From Camelus dromedarius (taxonomy: Eukaryota), in assembly GCF_036321535.1 (NCBI RefSeq), contig NC_087437.1, positions 2,914,001 through 2,978,000 on the forward strand: a stretch of DNA of 64,000 nucleotides, read 5' to 3'. Below the pieces are notes generated by a model, which saw only the letters and a program-made list of their open reading frames with translations, ran no database searches and was not told where the DNA came from. The translations under genes and the position numbers were made by a program. Positions 50,461-62,909 of the stretch are shown here, piece by piece (within the stretch, counting starts at the first letter, position 1; each line of letters begins with the position of its first letter).

Positions 50461-53218
50461 AATGCTATATTACAAATAAAATGGCACTGAGGTTGGCAGA
50501 TAGTAGGTGGACGCAGGTTAACTAAATGCATTATCCTTCTGACGAGTGAGGAAGAGAGAAGAAAATGTCTTCTCCCCCAATCCACCCCATCTTTAATTGT
50601 TCCGTAGTGACTTCTCCATGACTTAGTGACCCTGAGTTTGAATCAAGAAGTCCTTCAAATAGTGTCCCTGTTCCCAGTGACCTGACACTCTAGAAAATTC
50701 TCAGGTCAACCAGAACCTTGTCTCTGTTCTGTTTTTCTTATATTGCTTAGTTGTTTGGCCTGCTGCAGTTGGATTTGTTGAGACCATTCCCGAAAGGTAC
50801 ACAATGAAACGTTCCTGAAAATTCCATGCAGGGCTTTTTCTGTTTTGCTGGGCCTGGGGAGTGAGGGTGAAGTGGCAGGGTCTGGAGATCCTCTGTTTTA
50901 TAAAGGAGGAGACGCTTCTTAGTTTTATCCTTTTCTGGTTCAAGCTTCAGATCACAATACAAAGCCAAGTCCCCCTCCCCCAACACAGCTACAGCAAGCC
51001 AAGGATAGCACCTGGTTCCAAATTACAGCTGCTGGGTGCCAGTTTCTCAATAACTCTGCTTTCTTTAGATACTGAGATTATGGACACCCAGTTTTTTCTA
51101 ATCTCTAGAGGATAGAATACATAATAGCACCGATAAAGAAAGGTGAAAAAAAAAATCCCTACCCAGAAATGCAAATTTGTGGCATCAGAAACAGGCAGCT
51201 ATTTTCAGGTACATATAGAACTGGTCCATTGTCTACAGAATTTAAAAAACAAAAACAAAAACAAAAACAAAAAACGCTTCCCTAAATCTCAAAGTGTAGA
51301 GAATGGAAGGATGCCATATTAATTATGAAACAAAAAGAAAAATTACCATTTAAACAGCATAAAAAATTGAAAGTAGCCACTTTTGCAGGCTGGGGAGGGT
51401 TTTATTCTGCATCAAGGGAGGTGGATAATTAAGATGGAGAATGAAGAATCTACATCGAAGATTTCTTTGAGGGTGAACCTGAGGGCTCTTCCTCCCAGGG
51501 CATCAATTTAAAAGAAAGAAGGTAGGCAGGGGGAACAGCAGGATTGCTATGCACAATAAACCTCATAAATCCAGAGAAGGGATTCTGAATTTCTAAGGGC
51601 CATGTAGGGAGGGGTAAGGGAAGACAGGTCAACAAGATTCAGGGAAGCAGAAGTTCCTAAGTTGGTAGGAATCCTAAGGGAAGAAACACAGCCAGCAAGA
51701 GACTGTGAGAGAGAGAAGGATGTGTTTTGGAGCAAAATGTCTTACTTTCCAATTTTAAGGTGATCTCTTAAATTATTGTAGTACCCATTCTATTGCTTCA
51801 AAACTTGAGTGATGTTTGGTTAGACAGACCTGCCCTAGGTCAGCGGTGCTTTGTGTGGATTCCCAAAGGGCTGATGATGGACAGGAAGGACAGAGCAGTT
51901 GCAGGAGCAGGGATGCTGAAGCAGGAAACAGGATGTAAGATGAGAGGACCATGGGGCAGGTTAAGCCCTATGGGGAGCCTCAGAAACAGGGCGGGGAGCA
52001 GGGAGAAGAGGAAGAATGTGGCTGCTGGACTTTGCATCAAAAGTAGGAGATGGGCTGTAGTAGCTGTGTTTGAAAATTCAAGGGTGGATAATAGACACAT
52101 GAAAAAATGCTCAATATTGCTAATCATCAGAGAAATGCAAATCAAAACTACAATGAGGCATCACCTCACACCAGTCAGAATGCCCATTATTCAAAAGTCC
52201 CCAAACAATAAACGCTGGAGAGGGTGTGGAGAAAAGGGAAACCTCCTACACTGCTGGTGGGAATGCAGTTTGGTGCAGACATTGCAAAAAACAGTATGGA
52301 GATTCCTCAAAAGACTAAAAATAAGCTTACCATATGATCCAGCAATCCCACTCCTGGGCAGATATCCAGAGGGAACTTTATTTATTTATTTATTTTTTAT
52401 TTTAAAAATTTTTTATTGAGTAATAGTCATTTTACAATGTTGTGTCAAATTCCAGTGTAGAGCACAACTTTTCAGTTATAATGAACATACATATATTCAT
52501 TGTCACATTTTTTTTCACTGTGAGCTACCACAAGATCTTGTATATATTTCCCTGTGTTATACAGTACAATCTTGTTTATCTATTCTACATTTTAAAATCC
52601 CAGTCTGCCGCTTCCCACCACCCCCCGCCCCCTTGGCAACCACAAGTTTGTATTCTATGTCGATGAGTCTGTTACTGTTTTGTATTTATGTTCTTTTTTT
52701 TTTTTTTTTTTAGATTCCACATCTGAGTGATATCATATGGTATTTTTCTTTCTCTTTCTGGCTTACTTCACTTAGAATGACATTCTCCAGGAACATCCAT
52801 GTTGCTGCAAATGGCGTTATTTTGTTTTTTTATTGCTGAGTAGTATTTCATTGTATAAGTATACCACATCTTCTTTATTCAGTCATCTGTCGATGGACAT
52901 TTAGGCTGTTTCCATGTCTTGGCTATTGTAAATAGTGCTGCTATGAACATTGGGGTGCAGGTATCTTTCTGAAGTAGGGTTCCTTCTGGATATATGCCAT
53001 GGAGCGGGATTCCTAGGTCCTATGGTAAGTCTATTCCTAGTCTTTTGAGGAATCTCCATACTGTTTTCTACAGTGGCTTTCCTTGCTTCCCTCTCCCACT
53101 CTTAATGATTTAGATGTCTTATTTTACAATTTTGTGTTTATTCTATTTGTAATTCATGGTAGTTATCACCTTTCCAGTTATGGTTTCTCATTTTTGTAGC
53201 ATCCTGCTTCTTTTCTAT

Positions 53219-54119
53219 TTAGAATAGACCTGTCAATATTTCTTTTAGCATGGGTTTAGTGTTGCTAAATTCTTTTAGTTTTTGCTTGTCTGTGAAGTTA
53301 TCTCTCCTCCTATTCTAAAGGATAGCCTTGCTGGATAGAGTATCCTAGGCTGCATCTTTTTCTCATTCAGGATTTTGAATATATCTTGCCACTCCTTTCT
53401 GGCCTGTAGTGTTTGTGTAGAGAAGTCAGCTGAGAGCCTTATGGGGGTTCTCTTGTAACTTACTCTTTGCTTTTCTCTTGCTGCCTTTCGAATCATTTCT
53501 TTATCCTTGACTCTGACCATCTTGATTATGGTATGTCTTGGTGTGGGTCTGTTCGGGTTCTTCCTGTTTGGGACCCTCTGAGCCTCCTGTACTTGGATAT
53601 CTGATTCCTTTAGGTTTGGAAAGTTTTCAGTCATGATTTCTTCAAATACCTTTTCAATCCCCTTTGTTCTTTCTTCCCCTTCTGGAATCCCTATTATGTG
53701 TAGATTGGCACGCTTTATATTATCCCACAGGATATCTCCCTTATATTGTTTTCATTGTTTTTTATTTGTTTATCTCTCAGCTGTTCTGACTGGGTGCTTT
53801 CTGTTGTCCTGTCTTCTAGGTCACTTATTCGTTCCTCTGCATTATCTAGCCTGCTTTGTGCAGCCTTTAGGTCAGCTCTCATCTCAGCAAATGAGTTGAC
53901 TAATTCTACTTGGTTCTTCTTTATAGCTTCTATTTCATTTTTGACATATTTTATATCTGTAAACACTATTTCTTTTAGTTCCTTCAGTACTTTGATTACT
54001 CCTTTTTTGAAATCTTGATCTAGTAGGCCATCAATGTCTATTTCCTTGATTGTGCTTTCAGGGGATTTCTCTTGATCTTTTAATTGGGAGTGGTTCCTCT
54101 GCTTCTTCATATTGCTCAT
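53219..54119 (-). pseudogene. L1 ORF1p, two frameshifts
   Basis: 'SRLDNAEERISDLEDR', 'MTENFPNLKE', 'PTPRHTIIKM', 'TPIRLSADFS', 'PRILYPARLSF' are hallmark ORF1p coiled-coil/RRM/CTD motifs. Confidence 0.93.
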
Positions 54120-55243
54120 ATCTCTCTGGCACCGGTGGGTGGGCAGGTCACTCCCCCTCCTGATGTCACAGTCAGATGCTGTGCTCGGGTGAGGCAGATG
54201 GGCGGATCACATCCCCTCCCAGCACTGTGGCCAGGTGCTGTGCTCCTGCCAGGAAGGTGGGTTGCTGCCCGCCCTCTCTCGGCCCCCATTGCTCCGCTGC
54301 TGTGTAGCTGCCCGCTCCGCCTCGGGTTGGCGCTCCATAGGTGGGCTCAGGGAAGACCATGGAACCTCCCCGCCCCTGCTCCATGCCCAAAATCAGCTCC
54401 TTGTTTGTCTTGGTGGTGCGAGTTCTCTGAGGTGCCAGGGCAGAAAGATCCTATCTGCCTCGGGCTGCAAACAAATCTCAGTCCTGCCTAGAGGTTGTGG
54501 AATCCCTGGGTGTGGATTCAGGTCTCGGCCCCGCTCCCGCCCGGGAGCTGCTCACAGGAGGACATGGCAGCTATGGCTGCGCCCCCGCCTCTCTTCTCCC
54601 GAGAAGCACCAGTAATGGCCCCGTGGGTCTGATGAGACAAAGGGTATAGCGCCCCTCCCCACAGGGCACACCAGCCGTGTTACTTTGCTTTTTTCGCAAC
54701 TTATGGGGGACTGAGGTTGTTCTGCTCCATATCCCCTCCCAGCCACGGTGCGCAGCCCCCTGCAGTCCCCCAGGGCTGCCTCAGTGCAGCCGCCCCCATC
54801 CTCCACCCGGCTCAGACGGCCTGTCCCGGCCCCCAATTGCTGGCTAGCATCTTGGGCTGGGTGTTGCGGGGACCCTCTGTGTCCGTTTATCTTAGTTCTG
54901 TTGGTCAAGGGATGCTAGGGGCAGATCTGAGCCTCGGAGGCTCCCTCTCCATCCTGTTGGCTTCTCTGTTGGAGAGGGGAGACCCAGCGAACGAGCGCCA
55001 GTCCTCCTTTGCCGCTCCCTCCCTGAGGAACCGGTCCCGCACTGTTTTGCTTTTTCTTCTTTCTTTTTTCCTTTTCTCCTACCAGATTTTTGGCATCTTT
55101 GTCTTTTGAAGAGGGCAATGTTCTGTTGGAACTCCACAGGTGCTCTGGTTGGCTGAGTGGGTCCGTAGATGTGAGTTTTCGTGTATTTGTGGGAGAGGGT
55201 GAGTTACAAGCATCCTTCTACTTCACCATCTTGCTTCTCTCCC
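54120..55243 (-). promoter_or_regulatory. L1 5'UTR internal promoter (CpG-rich)
   Basis: GC/CpG-rich; 5' end GGGAGAGAAGCAAGATGGTG resembles the YY1 site AAGATGGCG with CpG decay. Confidence 0.7.
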
Positions 55244-56209
55244 TCCAGAGGGAACTTTAACTTGACAATATACATGCACCCCAATTTTCATAGCAGCATT
55301 GTTTACAACAGCCAAGATATGGAAGAAACCTAAATGTCCATCGACAGATGACTGGATAAAGGAGTTGTGGTATAGTTATACAATGGAATACTACTCAGCC
55401 ATAAAAAAGAATGAAATAATGTCATTTGCAGCAACATGGATGGACCTGGAGATTGTCATTCTAAGTGAAGTAAGCCAGAAAGAGAAAGAAAAATACCATA
55501 TCGTATCACTTATATGTGGAATCTAAAAAAAAGACAAATGAAATTATTTGCAAAACAGAAATTAACTCACAGACATAGAAAACAAACTTATGCTTAGCAG
55601 AGGGGGAAGGAGTGGGAAGGGATAAATTGGTAGTTCGAGATTTGCAGTTACTAACATATGTAATAAACAACAAGTTTATTCTGTGTAGCACATGGAACTA
55701 TATTCAATATCTTGTAGCAACCTATAATGAAAAAGAATATGAAGAGGAATATATGTATGTATATGAATGGCTGAGAGTTTATGCTGTACACCAGAAATTG
55801 ACACAACATTGTAAACTGATTATACTTCAGTAAAAAAAAAAATTTATTTAAAAAAAAAGGGCAGTTGATTGCCTGAAGCTTTAGAGATGTGGGTCCCCCA
55901 GAGGCAGCTGATTTGTGTGCAGGTGTTGTGTGTGTGTATGTGGTAGTGGTGGGGAAATCCTTGGGTGAGGCATTTAATAAATGCTTATACTTTGTACACA
56001 CACACATCCCTTCATACTTCAGAGAGCTATTTTGCATAAACCAGAGGGCTGAAAAAGGAGCCCGAAAGCCTTGATCTGTGGTTCTGGTTTTTGGCAGTAA
56101 ACTATACCACACTAGCACATTGGAGGTGACTAGGTGAGCAACACGGATACGTCAGTCAGAGGTAAACTCACTTTGTAGGCAAACTTAGGATCCTTTTATA
56201 AAAGAGGGT

Positions 56210-56315
56210 TGGGGGTGGGTATGTTCAGTGGTAGCGCGCATGTTTAGTGTGCGTGAGGTCCTGGGTTCAATCAGTAGTACCTCCATTTAAAAAAAAGCAT
56301 TAGTAAATAAATAAA
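56210..56315 (+). mobile_element. vic-1-like SINE
   Basis: 'cagtggtagcgcgcatgtttag...gaggtcctgggttcaatc...tacctccatttaaaa'. Confidence 0.85.
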
Positions 56316-57324
56316 AGGGGGTCAGTTACATTCTGCTTATCATTCTACAAGTGTGCTCTGATTCCTCTGCAGGGTTGCTGTGTAGACTTGTGTTTGTGTG
56401 CTACAAGAAGGCATCTGGTCAAGGCCAGGAGTAGGGAGCTGACATTAGCCTTCCCTCACCCGGAGAAGCTGTGTGTCTGTCAGCTACCGGGGGTCCCAGA
56501 GACTTGAAGGTAAAAAGCACAAGCTCGTTATTGTCATTCTTTTTATGTTACTTCTTTTGTGTCTTTTTGTAATTATTGGTTCAGCATTCTTTGTACAACG
56601 TGCCTTCAGAATATTCTTAATGACTGGCTAAACCTTTCAACTCAATCATTCTGTCCTCTCCAAGGTGACATGTTTCAGTCTCCTCAACTTTTCAAAAAAG
56701 AGACCATGAAATAATACCCAACATACCTACTTGGCAAGTTCTTGTGCTTATCTTAAGGGAAACAAAACCATTACTTCATGGGAGGCTTGGAAAATGAAAA
56801 TTTCCGATGAGGTCTCTTATTGTCTCTAGTTTGCACTGCTCGTCACAGTCAGACTTGAGAATGATTCATGTCGTGACTTGGTCATCCCAGCGCGAGTATG
56901 AGTCTTGGTGAAAGGAGCCATGCTTTGCCCTCTAGGGCTGGGATAACGCAGAGACTGCGTTTCAGTACGATTGGCAATGTGTGCCGTGAGCAATGTGTTG
57001 AAAAAAATGGTGGGGCTGTCTTTGGGCTGGTGTGGAAATGGCTGGCCACACCCATTGGTGATGCCTACGTGGATGTGAAGGAGTGGAGCATGCCATGCAG
57101 TGTGAAGTGGTCCTCTCCGGGGTCTTTTTTTTTTTTTTTTTTTTTAATAGTATTGAACCTAATAGACACTCAATAAAACCTGACTCTGCTCCATAAATGA
57201 GAACAAAATGCACTACTACCAAAAGCACGCGGGAAGGATCACATTACCCAGTTTCTCTCCGTGTAGGGCCCACAACCATGTAGTTTCTTGTCCAAGCTGG
57301 TGCACTCTTTTTTTTCCTGTTTCT

Positions 57325-57400
57325 TTTTTTTTTTTTTTAATTGAAGTATAGTCAGTTTACAATGTTGTGTCAACTTCTGGTGTACAGCACAATGTTTCAG
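57325..57400 (-). mobile_element. Very short L1 3' terminus
   Basis: T-tract + 'aattgaagtatagtcagtttacaatgttgtgtc'. Confidence 0.85.
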
Positions 57401-57765
57401 ATTTAGACTATGTTATTGAAGTTAAAAAACAGCTTTCTCTTACCTGGCTTACGCTCCCCACTGAATAGATCATTCTCCACAGACGTACACATGTGCACAC
57501 ATACTGGGAGACAGCTGGGAATGCACCTCTAGTTTGATCACCTCAAGTAGCTGTGACACGTGGTCTTGTTGGTTTCTCTTGTGTGCCCTCTATGGCAGGG
57601 GGTTATCATGGGAGGGGTGGTGACCTCAGACTTCTTCAGTCCTCGGGTCGACTCCTGACTCTCCCCACTTACTGTGTGGCTTTGGGGACGTTATTCAAAC
57701 TCTCTATGCCACAATTTTCTCATATCTTCTGAAGAGATAAGACGGTCTTCTTTTATCCATTCACT

Positions 57766-58086
57766 ATTTTATTTATTTATTTATTTTTATTGAAGTGGAG
57801 TCAGTTTACAATGTTGTGTCAATTTCTGGTGCACAGCATCATGTTTCAGTCATACATGCACATACATATATTCATTTTCATATTCTTTTTCATTATAGGT
57901 TACTATAAGATTTTGAATATAGTTCCCTGTGCTATGCAGTATAAACTTGTTGTTTATCTACTTTATATATAGTTAGTATCTGCCAATCTCGAACTCCTAA
58001 TTTATCCCTTCCCACCCTTTCCCCACCTGGTTACCGTCTGTGAGTCTGTTTTTTATTTTGTAAATAAGTTCACTTGTGTCCTTTTC
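57766..58086 (-). mobile_element. Young L1 3'UTR
   Basis: TSD CCATTCACT at 57757-57765 and 58087-58095. Confidence 0.9.
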
Positions 58087-58095
58087 CCATTCACT

Positions 58096-58620
58096 GTTGA
58101 TATATAACAAACCATCTCCAAAACTCTGTGGCTTAAAATATGAAGCACTTATTAGCTGATACTTTTGCTGAGGCTTGGCTGCTCTGGGCAGGGTTCCTTT
58201 GTGGTTTTATGGCCAGTTTGCTGGTCGTCCCTATGCTGTCCCACATGTCCTGAGTGCCTCATCCTGGCCCCTTTCTCTCATCCTCCAACAAGATGGCCTG
58301 GGTGTCTCATGGCAACTGGATGGAAATATGCCAGACCTCATATAAGTCTAGTCTCAGAAGTGGCACAGGGATAGGGGGAAGGTATAGCTCAGTGGTACAG
58401 CGCATGCTTAGCATGCACGAGGTCCTGGATTCAATCCCCGGTATCTCCATTAAAATAAATAAATAAACCTAATTACTCCCACCCCCCGTCCCCAAAAGTA
58501 GGAAAAAAAGAAAAGAACTGGTACCAACTGTCACCTCTGCTGCTTTCTATTGGCTGAGGCAAGTCATAGGTCTGGCCGAGATTTAGAAAGTGGAGGAACA
58601 GATACCCCGACTTCATGGGA
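58096..58620 (-). mobile_element. MLT1-family MaLR LTR
   Basis: 'taacaaaccatctccaaaactctgtggcttaaaa', 'ttctattggctgaggcaagtcatagg'. Confidence 0.65.
58374..58515 (+). mobile_element. vic-1-like SINE inside MLT1
   Basis: 'ggtatagctcagtggtacagcgcatgcttagcatgcacgaggtcctggattcaatcccc...aataaacctaattac'. Confidence 0.92.
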
Positions 58621-58699
58621 AGCATTGCAGAGGCACGCGGCAAGGAAGATAAAATGGAGATTTTTATACTTTCATCTACATATGAAGGGAAGAATAGTG

Positions 58700-59430
58700 A
58701 TCATTTTTGGAATTTCCCACAAGGTAACCCTGCACGGATGGGAAAAATCTGTGGGAACCTTCCTGAAGAGGCCCGGTACAGTACCTGGTACACAGACTCT
58801 CAGTACCTGCTAACATTTCCCTGCCTGCAAATACGACCCAAGAGCAGACAGGGCAGCTCACCCGCCGCACGTGGCTCTGGGAGGAGGCGACAGAAACAAA
58901 ACAGATAAACCTTTTGAAGAAAGCCCTCAGCATTACTGAGGCCTTTTCCCATAGGCAAGTGTTTTTAAAAAAGATTTTCAAAAGAGCCAAATTATAGGCC
59001 TGGCTTTTAGAAAAAGGAGGCAACGTGATCTCTCTCTTTCTTTCTCCGCCCCGCCCCCAAGAATACCCTCGGAAGGACAGGACTGCACCTTCTCTTCTCC
59101 GGAGGAACAATGTGTTATTTTGGTAGCCTTTGATCACCGGTGATTCACTTTTAAGGCAGCGCTGCTGGAAAAATGCAGAAAGCAGAGTTGCAGTTAGGAA
59201 AATGACTGTGTACAAACGGCATCCTCTGACTTTCTCTCCTTGTTTCCCAGGAGTTTTTTTTTTTTTTTTTTCTTTCCTTTTTCTGGTCATTTCTTCTTAA
59301 TTCCTTTGCCCTGTGAGAACCAGCCAGGCTGGGACAGGGAGCTCGGTCCTAATTCTTTGACCATTTTCATCAGTATTCTCTCAGTTCTGTTTAGTTCACT
59401 GTGGTACGTCTCCCTCTGGAATTTCCCAAG
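58700..59430. promoter_or_regulatory. Candidate enhancer/promoter (non-repetitive motif cluster)
   Basis: GGAATTTCCC x2 (58709, 59418), CACGTG 58868, GC-box CCGCCCCGCCCC 59046, AGATAA, GGAAAA. Confidence 0.35.
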
Positions 59431-59624
59431 GAGACATTTGACTTAACGATGCCAAGCAGATAAAGTGAGGCTTTTGCTTGCAAAGTAGGCAGAATGATGG
59501 ATGGTGTTAAATGACCATTCATTTCACCAAATGTACTCAAAGCTGGAAGACTATGCAGAAGCTTCACCCCACCTAGTCTAACTTTGTCCCAAGGAAACAA
59601 GTGGGCAAGTTGTGTCTAGTTTTT

Positions 59625-60110
59625 TTTTTTAAATCAACTTTTAATTGGGATGATTTTAGATTTATGGAAAAGTTACAAAGACAGTATGGAGAATCTCTAC
59701 CTACTTCTCGCCCACTTTCTCCTAACATTAATAGAGAATGTATATTATCGTGGGATTTGTCATCACTAAGAAGTCAACATGGGTGCTTCACTAAGTAGAC
59801 TCCAGATTTGAGGTGGATTTCACCCGTTTTCCCATTAGTGTCCTCTTTCTGTCCCAGGATCCAGTCTAAGGCATCGCAGTGCAATTGTGTCTCAGTATCT
59901 TCTGGTCTGTGACAGTTTTTCCGTCTTTTCTACCCCTCCACCCCACTTTTTATAATGTTGACAGTTTTGAGGAGTACTGGTGAAGTGTTTTATAGACTGT
60001 TCCTCAATCTGTGTTCTTCTCATTATTAGACCGGGGCTGTGGGTTTTTGGAAAGAATAGCACAGATGTGCCTTTGTTGGTGTTCCTGTCGCATCCTCTCA
60101 TGGGTACGTT
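59625..60110 (-). mobile_element. Old L1 (L1MB/MC-like) 3'UTR
   Basis: 'tttagatttatggaaaagttacaaagacagta', 'ttgacagttttgaggagtactgg'. Confidence 0.75.
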
Positions 60111-62320
60111 GTCGAAAAAGGCTTGCTCGGGAGACTGTGTACAGCAGGGAGGTGATGGCAACAAATGCTCAAAAACAAGGAATTCGTTTAGCATCTTTGG
60201 TTCTATCCAACTGTGGGACTATTTCATAGTCTATAAATTATGATGTTGGTTAATATTTTCAGAAATAAAAAAGCACGTTGCAAACCAGGATCTATAGTAA
60301 GATTTCATTTAGTAATTCCAAGATATCTTTAGGGATATGTGGTTTAAAAACTCTGCACACTGCCTCTTAATAACCCTCCAGAAAAGACCCAAGAGCCCTG
60401 AGGTCTGCCCATGACGTACAGCAGTGTACCCTCCTCCCATGGGAGCCAGTGTCCATGGCCACACAGAGGGCAGCCTTGTGACCTAGGAATCAGAAAGACA
60501 TCCTCCACCAGAAGAAGTATGTGTTTTCGAAGGCATGACCTCCATGCTGGGGCTAATGATATCTCCTAGATTTATTGCAAAGAGTGGACAAGATGACACA
60601 CAACCAGAATATATGGATGAAAATATTTGACCCCAAAGGTAATTATGGATGGTGGCCAAACTGGAACAATCACCAAGAAAACAGAAGCAATAGGAAGCGG
60701 AGATCACGTGAGGGTGGGGAATCTGCTGCAGCAAATCCTGGTCTTCCTTTAAATCTCTCTTGTGGACGGATGGACTCACTTTTTCCAAAATAACCATCTG
60801 CAGGTTGGTTGCCTGAGCTCACTCACGACCCAGAGAACTTCCTGTCCTCTGATGTCACTGGGGGCTGATTGTGTCACTGGTCCACGAGGTGGAAGTAAAC
60901 TCTCAACCAACCAAGGAGTCTTGCGGATTACCCCTCTGGGCTTCCTTTTCTGGTCCATGCTTTGCGCTGGACTGTATGGTATTGAAGAACAGGGACAGTA
61001 TTTTGTCAAGTCCAGTGCCTAGGCCGGTGGGCTGCACAGACTAGATTCTCACAATGTGTTTAATTACTAAAACCACCAAGACAAGTCTTCTGTAACATTG
61101 AAGCCTCCTCACATCTTTTTCATCCTTCCCCTTAGAGAAGATTAGTGTGGTCTAACTGCCTCATCCTCTCTTGTCCAGACCCTAAAAACTGACCATTAAG
61201 AATCTAAAGGACTTTTCCCACCTCTGGGCCTTTGTACATGCTGTTCCCTGCGCCTGGAATGCTTTTTCCCCTGGTCTCTGCATGCTCAGCTCTCAGGCTT
61301 TCTTTCTCCTTAGAACAGCCCTTTCAGACTATCCTATCTGAAGAGGCGTTTCCCAGTTATTCCCTGTCTCTTCACCCTTTTTACCTCCTTCATGGGAATT
61401 TTTATAATCTACAGACTTTCTTTTTCCTTCCTTCTCTCTCATTCTTCCCTCTCTGTGACTCCCAAGCTCTTTTTCCCTCTTTCTTTGTTCATTTTCTGTC
61501 TTCCCAACTTGACTGATGACTCTGTCTGGTCCATTGTGGAACCCCTGACCCCAGAACAGTGCTCAGTAAGTAACTACCGAATGACTTCCATGAAGAGAGA
61601 CCTGACCCATTTCCCACATTCTAGTATTTTCTCTCTCCAATTTCTTCTCAGTTCAACTCTTGCCTGATCACCATGCTGCCCACTCAAACTTCCTCAATGT
61701 CAGTGACCTCCAGATGATATTTCCAAATGTGTAGACTTCACAGAACTGATCTCAAAACACATTTCTTGGTTTGGCTTTGGCCTACAATAAGTACTTTTAT
61801 TTTATCAAGTAGGGACACTTGTAAAATGACAAAACCTCAAAAGAAATTGATGGCAGAAATGCAGTGTCATGGAGAAAACAATGGAGAAAAAGATAATCTC
61901 AAAATATTAATCTCGCTGTAGAAAAAACTTTTTGTTTTTCTCATTTCACTATGGATTGAGGAAAATTCTAGAACCTCTCTCAAGAGTTGGGAATAAGTGA
62001 TTCAAGGAATGAATCCTAAAGGAAGTCTTAAGAGACCCTTTGTACACATGCCCCTGCCGGCTTCTTTGCTTTAGTTCTTGTTCCTTGCCTCCCTTTTCTA
62101 CCCCAGATAAAGTGGATTTCCCAGTCACCTGAGGGTCCTGGATCAGTTCATGGCTGCTTTGACTTGGAACCTTGGTCTGTGTTTTGTCCTTGTTTGGAAA
62201 GCCTTTTGCTTTAACCTGCCTGGTCAATTTCTACAGTTTAGATGAAGATCAATGTCTTCAGCCTTTTCTATGGTAGAAAAGGATCAAGCCCACGGAGAAA
62301 GGTGGTACAGAGGATGGAAC

Positions 62321-62837
62321 TGATACAGGAAAAATGGGGTGCAAGAGGATGGTTGTGGAGGTCTCTGGTGAGTCCTTGGGATGCATTCCCACCAAGTGAG
62401 GGTCCTTGTCTTCACTCAGGAAAGAATTCAACAGCAAGCCATAGTAAAGTGAAGGCAGATTTATTCAGAGATATGCACACTCCATAGACAGAGTGCAGGC
62501 CATCTCAGAAGGCGAGAGAGAGAGACCACGAGGTGCGAGGTTGTTAGTTTTTATGGGCTCGGTAACTTCATATGTGGGCAAGAGGGAGGGTTATTCCAAC
62601 TACTTTGGGGAAGGGGCAGGGGTTCCCAGGAATTGGGCCACGGCCCCCTTTTTGACCTTTTATGGTCAGCCTAGGAACTGTCAAGGCCCCTGCAGGAGCG
62701 CCATTTAACAGCTATTGTATTTCAGTGAGCCTATAATGAAGCTCAAGGACCACTGGGAGTTGAATCTTCCACCATCTTGGTGCTGATGGCTGCATCACCC
62801 TTAACGGCTGTGCCCGGCCCCCTGCCCTCCTGTCTCA
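62321..62837 (-). mobile_element. MER41-like ERV1 solo LTR
   Basis: TG...CA ends, TSD gaac/gaat, high similarity to 10039-10649. Confidence 0.85.
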
Positions 62838-62909
62838 GAATGAGAGTCTTGAAATGAGCAAGTATGGAGAAGCATCTGACGGCACTCACTCACCAGGCAC
62901 TCACTCATC

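Larger units (their letters stand above)
52381..55243 (-). mobile_element. 5'-complete L1 lacking almost all of ORF2 (5'UTR + ORF1 + spacer fused to ORF2 tail/3'UTR)
   Basis: 16-bp TSD TCCAGAGGGAACTTTA (52365-52380, 55244-55259); GC-rich 5'UTR; ORF1; internal junction at about 53077. Confidence 0.93.
52089..55858 (+). mobile_element. Host L1 3' end (52089-52380 and 55244-55858), split by an antisense L1
   Basis: ORF2 motifs '[29 protein letters not shown]...HCWWEC' continue after the insertion as 'AKIWKKPKCPSTDDWIK'. Confidence 0.93.

Noticed and set aside
51793..52419. 208-aa ORF
   Set aside because: A chance read-through from unique DNA into an L1 ORF2 tail, with a non-ATG start and no gene structure.
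58374..58450. tRNA-Ala(AGC)-like gene (also at about 11935, 33820, 56215 and minus-strand copies)
   Set aside because: Copies carry the shared AT-rich SINE tail and/or TSDs and have mismatched stems; these are tRNA-derived SINEs.
58676..59290. 204-aa minus-strand ORF
   Set aside because: It starts in an A-tract, has no recognisable domain and has random-like composition.
60570..60638. Possible 69-nt exon (TAG|...AAAG|GTAATT)
   Set aside because: Weak polypyrimidine tract, unrecognised peptide and no partner exons.
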